A DNA stretch of 34,705 bases. Origin: Reclinomonas americana ATCC 50394 (lineage: Eukaryota). Under the pieces are notes generated by a model. It was given only the letters and a program-made list of their open reading frames with translations. It had not been told where the DNA came from and did not search any database. The stretch spans positions 276,962 to 311,666 of the forward strand of contig PS015030.1 of the NCBI GenBank assembly GCA_048213135.1. Direction: 5' to 3'. Every line of letters starts with the position of its first letter. Positions within the stretch are counted from its first letter, which is position 1. Below, in pieces: positions 24,801-34,705 of this stretch. A program made the translations under genes and the position numbers.

Positions 24801-27342
24801 TCTCGGAAACTTGCTCTGCAGCGTATCTCAACAGACGCCGCAATATAGAGAGAGAGATAGAGAGAGGAGCTACTCTAGGTCCCAAGTAAAACCTCCTCCC
24901 CGATTACACGGTCCCTCCCACTCACCAAATGCGCCAGTGACCCACGAGACACGGGCGATGGTGATCTCCGAGACGTGAACTGCGACTGCTTCGGCGTCCC
25001 AAAGTCGAGACCGGCCGCCGCCGCAAATGCCTCAAACAGTCCCATGCACCAGTCGGCGGCACGCTCGCGTGAATAGAACATGTTGCGCACTTGTGCTTGC
25101 CAATACTCGGCCGTGGGCGACAGAGGTGCAGAAGGAGGCGGCGACCCCGCGGCAAGGTCCTTGGCCGACTTGGCCGAGCCCACCTCGTAGTCCTCGCCGA
25201 GAACGCGACAGACCACTTTTTGCACTGCAGCCTGGTACAGCTGTAGACAAGCGCGGAATTCGTCGCGCTCGAAAACGGCCGAGGCGAGCTCTTGGAAGAC
25301 CTGTATGGGGGAGAGAGGGGAGACAAAGAGGTGAGACATGGGGATGAGGAGACGACTACGTGCGGCAGCATGGACCACTGTTCGCTCTCTTTAGGTGCAT
25401 ATGCATCATGATAAATGAATGGGTGTGACGGACAAAAAGTCTACAGAAACAGGAGACGTTGTAGGATAACTTGCTCTCTCTCTCTCACACACGCACACAC
25501 ACACACTCTTTCTCCCTCGCCTTCTCCCCTCTTTGCCTACTCACCCTCTCCCTCGCCTTCTCTCTCAGACACTCTCTTTCTCTCTTCTCTTCCTCGCACC
25601 CTCCGTCCCCTCTCTTCGCCAACTCTCCCGCCTTCTCTTTCCCTCTCTCTTCCCCCTTCCCCACACCCTCCATCCCCTCCCATCATCGCACCTCTGTGAC
25701 CGTGGGGTCCAGCTCGCCGTGTTGCATCTTGGCAAACAAGTCGGACTCCACATGCGGTGCAATGTCGAGCATGTCCAGCTTGGATGGCAGTAGTGCGCGC
25801 AGCGAGCGCCGGTCAATCGGCTCCAGCGACGGCGTCGACAGACCGCCCCCGCTGCTGCGTTTCACAAAGGACAGCGGCGACGGCACGGCAATGCCGCCGT
25901 TGGGTGCATGCAGGCGTGTCACGGTGAGAACCTCGCTCTCCGGTTCGCTGGATGCCACCGACGTGTTGAGCGAATCGGCAGCTGCAGCCGCCTGAATCGG
26001 CGGCGGCGCAACAGGCACCGCCAATGCTGGGGCCGGAGCGACAACAGCACGACCCGCTGATCGAGTCTTGCGTAGCCCTCCAATGTCCTTGTCTTCCACG
26101 GCGGCGGTCTCTGCGGCTGCCGCATCAGAGTCCGAGACGACGGCCAGACACTTGCGCAGGAAGCCAACACGCTCCACCAAGCTCTCGGCCATGGCCGCCA
26201 CCGGCGTCACTTCGGTGACACTGATGCGAATCGGAGGAGTGGTGGTGGGACTGGCAATCTCACGACCACGCAGCACCACCGGCTCCACATCGGCGTCGTC
26301 GAGCATCTCCAGCACGGACTTGACGTGACCGCGCACAGATGCCAACTCGGCCGTCAGCCGGGCGATCTCCGTGTCCTTGTCGTGCTCTGCGGCGGGCGAG
26401 ACTGGTGAGAACCCACAAGTTGATCTGCCGTGTTGTTTTTTGGTAAACTCACCGCTCATGAAATGGTGTGCTGTGCCCGCTGCGCTGGCCGGCTTGTGCG
26501 GCGTGCTGTGTACCGGGGCAGTGGGGACCGGCAAGTGCGAATGCAGATGAGCCGTCGCCGGCTCGGCACCGTGTGGGGTCGGCTGCTTTGCGGACGGTGA
26601 CGGCGTGCGAGTCGTCGTCGTCGTCTGCGAGACGGCAAGCGAGGGGCCGACTGTGTCCGGTAGCGTTGGCGTGGTCCGCTCCGAGTGCGGCAGCTGGCGC
26701 GGTGCCGGTGGACCCATGCCGCCCACCGTATTGCTTACCAGAGTTGGCGGCCCTGCAGGGTGCGTGGGGGACACACGCGCGGATGGAGGCCGCGGTGGCG
26801 GGGCCACGGACTGGTGATTCGGCTGCGTGGTGGGAATGTCCGGCAACGAGTTCGTGGACTGGTCGCGACGATGGGCCACAGCGACGCTGGTCGTCTTGGG
26901 TGTGGTGGGGCGCGAGTTCGACTGGGGCGTGTGTGAGCGCGAGCTGGGAATGAAGAGCTGGGACGGTGGCAACGGGAGAACGCCCGGCGAGTTGATGCCC
27001 GACGTGCCAGTGGAGGCCATCGCCGCTGCTGCTGCCGCCGCCGCCACCCCGGGTATGGAGGAGCCGCTGGCCGAGGAGGAGTGAATCGCGGAGCTGGCGC
27101 CGTTTGCACTCGGCGAGGGAATGTCGTGGATGACCTGCTTGAAAAAAGTGGAAGGCAAGGTGAGAGAGGGAGAGAGAGGGAGAGGAAAAAGTACGAAGGG
27201 GGTAATGAAGCAAGAGGAGAAGAGACGAGAGGGGAAGAGAAGGGAAAGACGAGAGAGAGAGAGGGGAAGAGACGAGAGAGAATAGAGAGACTGAACAAGA
27301 AGAATAACAAGAAGAAGAAGAAGAAGAAGAAGAAAGAAGAAG

Positions 27343-27377
<35 letters not shown>

Positions 27378-28653
27378 CGATTGAACAGGATGCAGTGAAG
27401 AGTGCATGTAGAGGCGAGAATGCCAGAGTGGTGATGACGACACGAATCGGTACGAGAGAAAGTGGAACGATGGAGACACTCACCTGCGCGTCGTACACTG
27501 CCGCTTGCTCCTGTTTGCCGGCAGCCCAAACGTGCGCGCCAACCTGCTGCAGGACGCCAAAGCAGGCGCCCGGCGTGTTGATGCGGCGGTGCATGGCAAA
27601 CGACTGAGCGTTCCACACCACGATGCGATGTTCGGCACACGACGACCACACAAAGTTGGTGTCCTTGAGAGGACAGAGGAACACGAATCGCGCATCCGGG
27701 TACGATAATTGGCGCAGCAGGGAAAAGGTCTACCAAAGAAAACACAGAACAGGCAGAGTGAGTGTCGTTCGCTGCTTCCTTCTCCCGCCACGCGCCACCA
27801 TACCTGTGCACTCCACACCGACACGGTGGCGTCGCCGTGACACGACCACACTGTGTCCTCCAGGGCCGGCACAAAGCACACATGCAGGACGCGCTCAGTG
27901 GTGCCGGCCGACATGACGTGCACCAACTTGCCAGTGCGTGAGTCGAACACTGCCAGACAGCCATCGGCTGTGGCGGCCCACAGGCGATGACGGCCGGGAT
28001 CAAGGGCCAGCGCCTGCAGGCCAGTGCACGGACTGCCATCTATGGTGGTCGCCGGCGTCTGCACGCGTAATACTGTGCCCTTGTCGCTCCAGCCACTCAG
28101 CACTCCGTCACCACCAGCGCTCCACACGGTCTCTCCCGCGTGCAGCAGCGCGTTGACGGGTCCATTGTGCGCCGGCACTTTCTTCGACTCCTTGTGTTTC
28201 TGCGCAACGATGAACCACGCCAAGAAAAGGTAAGCCGGAAGCATTGAAGAGATACACGATGAGACACACAGAGCGCAACGGTGGCATTCCACACGACAAT
28301 GTGTCCGGAGGAGACGCCGCACCACACATTGCCGCGAACCGAGCACAGCGATGTTACCGTATCGTTGGCGTCGCCGACGCGCATCGGTGGGTGTGCCACG
28401 AAATTCTGCGGGTGAGCGATGAGAACGGGGGGGACCAAGGGAGAGAAAGGAAGGGAAAGGAAGGGAAGGGAAAGGAGGAGAAGAGAGGGGAAGCGAAGGT
28501 AAAGGTAAGGGAAGGAGAGAGCGAGAGAGAGAGAGAGGAGGACGAGGAGAATCAGGGTGAGAGTCAAGAGTAGATCGCAGCGAGCATGGGTGTGTGTGAA
28601 AGAACATGGATTCGAAACACAATAGTGCTGGAGATCGCAGAAGCACACTGTGT

Positions 28654-28690
<37 letters not shown>

Positions 28691-28792
28691 AGAAGAAGAG
28701 AGAAGAAGAGAGAGACAGGAGAGAATTATGTGAGATTCAGAGTGTAGATCGCAGCGAGCATGGGTGTGAGAGTGAGAGAGATAGAGAAGTCA

Positions 28793-28853
<61 letters not shown>

Positions 28854-31729
28854 TTCACAAACGACAAGCATCCGCAACTCGAGCATTGATCAGGCGCACA
28901 TAGCCGCTGCGACCGCCAAACCACACCTTCTCCAGGTGGTGCGTCATACAACGAGTACCCGTGCGGAACGACTCCACGGTGGTGATGTGAGCGGCAAAAT
29001 CGGTTTCGTTGGGCTCAGCCAGGTCACCCACAACTGTGCGGGGCAGCGGTTCGTGAATCGACAATACAAGAGTCCTTCAAGCAACATACAGACGCAACAC
29101 TTGCGAGTGGCTCCTCCGTTGGACGATGACGATGAGCCAACGGAGGCTGTCGGGTTGAAGACGTTGGATTTGCGAGGTACAGGGCGCACTGCAAGAGAGA
29201 GGAGAACGGCGGTGAGTGGAGTACACGGGGGTCTCTCAGTGGATGAAGCATAGAGAGTGAAAGAAGGCAGTCGTCTTTCAACGGCACGAGGAAAGGGGGA
29301 CCAGAGGACGGTGAAAGACATTTATCGCGTGGCGACATGAAAAGTGACTGCATAGAAAGCGGGAGAGAAGAGAGAGAAGTGGATGGTGGAGCAACCATAG
29401 TAGTCAGAGACGGTCAAGACGAGCACGAGTGACTCACGTGAGCGCGACAGTCGCCGAGACATGGCGGCATCCAGTAGCTCCTGGTCATTGTGCGGAGGCT
29501 CCTCTTCATCTGCGCACCACGGACGAAGAGAGATGAGAGGATACTAATGAATGGTAGGGCCGATAACTGGATAACGCAACGCTTGCGCGGTGTACGCAGT
29601 CCACGACTCGCCGAGGTGGTGGACGACGAAGAAGGCGACGGCTCTGGTATCAGGTAGTTTCCGGTTGGCGTGGTTCTCTCACTGCCGCTGGCGGTTCGTG
29701 GCATGTGCTGGTGATGACCATTGGCAAAGCCCGATACACGCCGGGCTCCGGTGGTGCCCGTGGCCGCAGTGGTCGCCGCCGCCGTCGTCGTCGTCGTGGA
29801 AGAACCGATTGAGTTGGTGAGCAGGGCAGAGTGGGATGACCGCCGTGCACCCATCAGTGGCACGGCGAGAGAGGATTGCGTCTGTGGGGTAGAGGGGTAA
29901 ATGAGTGAGGCGTGACGAATGAAATGGAACAGGGAAATAATCGGTATAGGCACCTTGCCCGCCGAACCCGGCGTCCCATTGGTGGCCCCACCGCCGCGCA
30001 ACGACGTGCTCTTGGCGCCCGGTGGTCGAATGGTCTTCACACCATTCGCGGAGGTCACAGAGGCGCGTTGCTTGGTGGCGCTGTAAGCGGTAGCGCCAGC
30101 CAGCGTTGGGTTCTTGCCGGGAGGGGTGGCGACGACAGCGTGCGAGGCGGGTCGCGGTGCAGGAGACGAGGAGGATGATGTGGCGGTGGTGGCGGCAGAG
30201 GAGACGGCGACGGTGGCGGCGGCGGCGGAAGGGAGGCGGGATTTGGGGCCTGAGAGAGGGATGGGTAAGGGAGAGAGCGAAGGGTAAGGGAGAGAGAAGA
30301 GAGAAAGCGAGACAAGTAAGAAGCACAACTCGATGAGATGGCCTCACTCATGAGATGCGCTGACACATCCACAACCACTGAGAGAGACAGTGTAGCATGC
30401 GAGAGAGCGAGAGAGAGTGAGAGAGAGAGGAGGGATGGAGGGAGAGAGAGAGAGAGACAAGCTCGAAAGAACAAATTCATGAGAAGAGCTCGCACACGCA
30501 GTTCGCCGACAGATCCACAACCGTTGACAGAGAAAGCACCGGAGAGTGCGTGTGTGTGTGCGCGTGTTTGTGCGAAAGAGACGGAGGGCGAGAAGGAAAC
30601 AAGTACAAATCGACGAGAAGAGTTCGCTGCACTGACACATCCACAGCGCTAAGAGAGAGACAGTGCCGAAGAGGGCGATGCGCGAGAGTGAGGCAGCGCA
30701 CGCGTATGTGAGAGACAGACAGAAAGAGAAAGAGAGAGGGAGAGAGAGGGAGAGAGAGAGGGAGGGAGAGAGAGAGACAAGCTCGAAACAAGAACAAATC
30801 GACGAGAAGAGCTCGCACACGCAGTTTGCCNNNNNNNNNNNNNNNNNNNNGACAGATCCACAACCGTTGAGAGAGAAAGCACTGAAGAGTGCATGTGAGT
30901 GTGTGCATGTGTGTGCGAGAGAGAGAGAAAGAGACGGAGGGCGGGAAGGAAAGGAAGCACAGATTGTTGTGAAGAGCTCGCTGCTTGACAGATCCACAGC
31001 GCTAAGAGAGAGAGAGAGAGACAGTGCCGAAGAGAGCGTTCGTGCGAGAGTGACGCAGTGTACGCGTGTGTGTGTGTGAGAGAGAGAGAGAGACTGACGG
31101 AAAGAGACAAGAGAAGAGACAAGAGAAGACTTCTCGCCGCCAACCAACTCACCCACATGCGCAGCAATCGCCACAGCCGCCGGTGCCGACGTCGCCAGCT
31201 GCTGCATCTGTTCCCCACGTCGACGATACGGTTGCGGCACTGCCTGCTCACCATCCACGCCCTCACCATCATCATCATCATCATCATCCTCATCAAAGTA
31301 GAATCCCTCATCATCATCATCATCGACACCGTCATCATCATCATCATCGTCGTCTTCTTCTTCTGCGGACTCGTGCACAATCACATCGTCGATCTCTTCC
31401 TCGTCGACCTCCTCCATGTCGCGCAGCAGCACATCCATGGGTCGAAGTGCCGCCTGCTTCGTATGATGCCCATTCCCCTGCTCAGCATCGCCCTCGTCTT
31501 CAGAGGACGACTCAGGCAGCGCTCCCATGTCAGTCAGCAGATGACCAGTGGCAGCAGTGGCAGTGCGTGAGGATGTCGCTGGAGGGACGACGACATGGCC
31601 GCCCGACCACTTTTGCGGTGTGAACGCGTCGGCATATCGATGGCCCTCCTCCTGCTCGTTGTGTTGAGGAGAAGAAGGCGGTGACTCGCAGTCAGAGTCA
31701 GAGTCGAGAATGCCGTCGTCGTTCTCCAT
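19510..31729 (-). CDS. Very large multi-exon protein: acidic/disordered N-terminus, WD40-like beta-propeller, Pro/Ser- and Gln-rich linkers, C-terminal coiled-coil/spectrin-like helical repeats
   Basis: The ATG at 31729 opens a D/E-rich exon. 29033-27484 encodes WD-like blades (KVWFGGRSGYVRLIN, VWCGVSSGHIVVWNA, AHNGPVNALLHAGETVWSAGGDGVLSGWS, LWAATADGCLAVFD, VWSCHGDATVSVWS, VWSSCAEHRIVVWN, VWAAGKQEQAAVYD). Downstream exons are helical (EFTQAADDLQDLL, CDKFCAWKND, YANAAVDFARW). Not every junction was checked and two N-gaps lie inside, so this could be more than one gene. Confidence 0.6.
30358..31060. repeat. Intronic degenerate minisatellite (~140-160-bp monomers in ~320-bp dimers)
   Basis: GACA(G/C)ATCCACA recurs at ~30362, 30507, 30634, 30851 and 30987. 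Block 30451-30690 is repeated at ~30772-31050. Confidence 0.8.
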
Positions 31730-32305
31730 TGAAATGTGAACGAGCAAACGACTTCCCGCGCAATTTCGTTCGAATTCAATTGCAACGGGTTACCTGATAT
31801 TTGAAAGCTGAAACGTGGCAATTCGTAAAGGGGGAAGCCCATTCTGCAATTCAGAAGCAGTGAAGAATGTTGCTGGTCACGGTGAAACGATACGAACCGG
31901 CCGGACCACTTGCATTTTTGCAAATTGCAAACTTCGACTCTCCTTGACCAGCTGCTTGAGTTCAGCTAATTCCACTTCCCTTGCACGTCGCACTACAATG
32001 GTGTGCCAAGTAACTGCAGTGCTCGTGTCAGCTGGTGCACTTCCCCTCAAATTCGAATTCGAATTCACGATATCGATGTCGACCTCTGCTTGACCGACCT
32101 CTCTCGCCAGTCACTCAACTACTTCTACGCCGCTACAATCCTCCACGTGACTACACCCAGATCCGCACACACGCGCACAATAAACTCAAAGAGGTCCCTC
32201 CGCCAAATTGCCGCCATTTCGCTCAATTGCAATCATTGATTTTGTGTCGAGCGCGCGCACGTGCTCTTCTCTCTTCTCTCTAAGTGCTTTGTGTTGACCG
32301 CGACC

Positions 32306-32481
32306 ATGTCAATGTCCTCGTCTCAGATCCGCTTGATGAACGACGTTCGTCAGGTAAGAGAGAGAGAGAGAGAGTGACGTAACGCTCTCAGTCACTGAGA
32401 GTGCTCACACACACTCATAATAACGCTCATCTCTTTATGTGTGTGTTTCTCTCTTGACAGATGCGCACGGAGCCACCGGAT
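32306..32481 (+). CDS. First two exons of a Rad6/UBC2-like ubiquitin-conjugating enzyme (remainder not visible)
   Basis: ATG..CAG|GTAAGA (32306-32353) plus TTGACAG|ATG..GAT|GTTGCG (32461-32481) give MSMSSSQIRLMNDVRQ|MRTEPPD, which matches the E2 helix 1 pattern (RLMxD....EPP). Only 23 aa of evidence. Confidence 0.55.
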
Positions 32482-32735
32482 GTTGCGTTGTGTGTGTGTT
32501 ATGTGTGTGTGTGTGACTGAGAGAAGCAGTTTATAGTTTTTTCTTTTGTCTGTGACAGAGAGCGCGCGCGCGCGCACTCTCGCGCAGTTGAGCACACAGT
32601 GAGTGTCTGCTTGTGGGCGAGAGAGAGGGAGAGAGCAACGCACACTCACACACGTGCGCGTGCCTCGCACTCGTCCGGTTCTCACTTAGCTTGTCCCACT
32701 CTCTCACACAGACACACACGTGCACTCGTTCCCTG

Positions 32736-32796
<61 letters not shown>

Positions 32797-32828
32797 GAGA
32801 GAGAGANNNNNNNNNNNNNNNNNNNNGA

Positions 32829-32871
<43 letters not shown>

Positions 32872-33356
32872 GCAGGAAGACCAAGCAGGCACAGTCACCT
32901 CCTCAGCTTTGTTCTTTACTCTCTCTCTCTCTCTCGTGCTGCTGCCTTCTCTCGATTTTGCTTCAGTGTGACAGAGACAAGCAGTCGCTCGAGAGATGCG
33001 TTCACTTCCACGTCTCTCTCTCTCTCATGACCTTCGCTCCACCACAACAACCATCGCTATCGCTCACTTCTTCAGCCTTCTCTCCGCTGTGCTCCCTTCT
33101 CCTGAACAGCAAGAGGGTCGCAGCCTTCTCCCAGCCTTTGCTGACTCTCTCCCCTTCTCTCTAATTCATCCTCGCACTCCACCTTCTGTTGCATTCTTCT
33201 TTTCGATAAGGCACCAAGTGAGGGAAGTCCGTGCGCGTTAGACAGCTGGTCTGATCTGATTTCAAGCAGGCATCTCTTGTTATTTTCTTCTCTTGCTTCT
33301 TTCCTCCTTCTCTCTCCTTACCCCACCCCCCTTCTCCCTTCTCCCGCCCGCCACAG

Positions 33357-34385
33357 CCCGGCATGTACGACTTCACCGTCCAACCCACCTCCATTGTGCT
33401 GGCCAACGCACCCGTGGTCATCTCCGCCTCCGCGTCGCAAGAGGGCCCCATGGAGGTGGAATCACCATCGTCGGCCGCGTCCGCCGACGCCGCCGGTCAG
33501 TCGTCCAGCAATGCGGCGACTTCATCGACCTCCGCAGCGGTGAGCCTGGTGGTACGGGTGTCTGCACCCACGGTGCTGGCGGCGTGGAAGGACGCGGAGA
33601 GGGAGAGGACAATGAGCGATGCAGGTGAATGCACAAGAGGGAGCGAACCGCCACCTTTTTCCTCCAATATTAACCCTCCTCCATTCGCCTCGCAGCCCGC
33701 GTGGAGCTCGAGATCCACCGCGCCAAGGAAATGGCCACCATGCGCGAGACGTTTGGCGACATGTGCCAGCAAGAGGTGGGCATTCCGGCACCCAAGGAGT
33801 CCGTCAATCGCTGGCTCGCCGAGCGCATGCTGCACCCGGATGGTCCGCGGTTAGATCCGCTGTTCCCCGCCCGTGTCGACCCCATGGTGTCGACACCAAT
33901 GCTGCGCGAGTTGCTTTCCGACGTGCCGGCGCGGCGGCGATACCCGACCACATCGCGACAGGGTCGTGCGGCGCTCTTTGCGCTGTGCACCGCCACTCGC
34001 GACTTCACACGGTACTTTCTCGACGTTGCGTGCACCCTCCCCGGCGCCTTTGCGTGTGTGTGTGTGCGCTTGTTTAGCATCCACTCATTGATTGATTGGC
34101 GTGCGTAGCAAGGTGTTGGCGACGCTAAATTGTTGCGGCATTTGCAACAAGAAGCCAACGACTGCAACGATTTTGCCAAGCTCCACAGCGACAAGCCGGT
34201 GGCCGAGTACGTTGAAAAGTGCACCGATTTGCGGAGACAAGTGGGCCCCGTGTTTCAGGGGTTGGTGACGCAGCAGGCCGAGCTGGTGTGCGCCAAGCTG
34301 AACGACATGTCGCACGAGGTGGCCTCCAAGCTCAGTAGTCTGCGGAAGCGACTGCTGCAGAGCGATGCGGTGGTGGAGCCACCTG
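33357..34385 (+). CDS. PCIF1: PCIF1/CAPAM-like cap-specific adenosine N6-methyltransferase, partial (helical domain; continues beyond window)
   Basis: VELEIHRAKEMATMRETFGDMCQQEVGIPAPKESVNRWLAER...DPLFP...PMVSTPMLRELLSDVPAR...EYVEKCTDLRRQVGPVF...AELVCAKL parallels the PCIF1 helical region (ELxR..LRQ.Y..LC....GI..P.ESFNRW..ER, DPLLP, VSPSMFREIMNDIP, LRRQCGP). The catalytic NPPF domain is not in the window. Confidence 0.8.
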
Positions 34386-34495
34386 GTGAGTGGCGACAGG
34401 GGGAGAAGGGATAGAGAGGGAGAGGAGGCATGATTTCAGAGCCGCGGATAGAAGGAAGTGAGATGCAGCAGAGAGTAGAGTCGGAGATCCGTCTT

Positions 34496-34705
34496 CTCCC
34501 CCTTCCATCTCCCCTAATCGTTCTCCTTCCCTTCTCCATTCTCCTTTCCCCTTCCCCCTTTCCCGTTCCCCCTTCTCCTTCCCCCTTTCCCCTTTCCCCT
34601 TCCCGCTCGCCCTTCCCCGTTCCCCCTTTCCCTCCCTCTTCCCCCTTTCCCCTTCCCCCTCGCCCTTCCCCGTTCCCCCATTCCCTCCCTCTTCCCCCGT
34701 TCCCC
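34496..34705. repeat. Degenerate (TTCCCC)n pyrimidine tract in the PCIF1 intron
   Basis: CCCCTT/CCCCTTT/CCCCGTT units run to the window end, downstream of the G|GTGAGT donor at 34386. Confidence 0.85.

Noticed and set aside
30358-31060. CRISPR-like repeat-spacer array
   Set aside because: The spacers are homologous to each other, the repeats are degenerate, there are no cas genes, and the context is a eukaryotic intron.
31877-32068. Short minus-strand ORF as an extra 5' exon of the WD40 gene
   Set aside because: It has no ATG start and no convincing acceptor links it to the exon at 31729. It overlaps the palindrome-rich putative promoter region.
34496-34705. C-rich repeat at the window end as a telomere
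   Set aside because: Units are irregular CCCCTT/CCCCGTT, not a fixed telomeric unit, and the tract follows a splice donor inside PCIF1. Similar tracts occur in other introns.

Overview
This is eukaryotic draft-assembly sequence, probably from a protist: GC-rich, standard genetic code, dense short (mostly 50-100 nt) spliceosomal introns, abundant microsatellites and 8 N-gaps. No RNA genes, CRISPR arrays or clear transposons were seen. Manual splicing of the ORF fragments gives seven gene models: (1) a Frag1/DRAM/Sfk1-family membrane protein (-); (2) a small 4-TM TP53I11-like protein (-); (3) an unrecognised protein made of two tandem ~185-aa domains with matching exon structure (-); (4) a ~24-exon secreted mosaic protein with two NHL beta-propellers each inserted inside an FN3-like domain, bacterial-style cadherin-like repeats and two PAN/Apple domains (+); (5) a very large acidic/WD40/Pro-rich/helical-repeat protein (-); (6) the first two exons of a Rad6-like E2 (+); (7) the 5' part of a PCIF1/CAPAM homologue (+). 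The most striking signal is in the splice sites. About 19 predicted donors read GTTGCG(T), GTTGAGT or GTTACG, i.e. the normal GTGCGT/GTGAGT consensus shifted by one nucleotide, and none has the exonic -1 G. This suggests that shifted-register 5' splice-site recognition is a major class in this organism. All gene models are by-eye predictions without transcript or database support.
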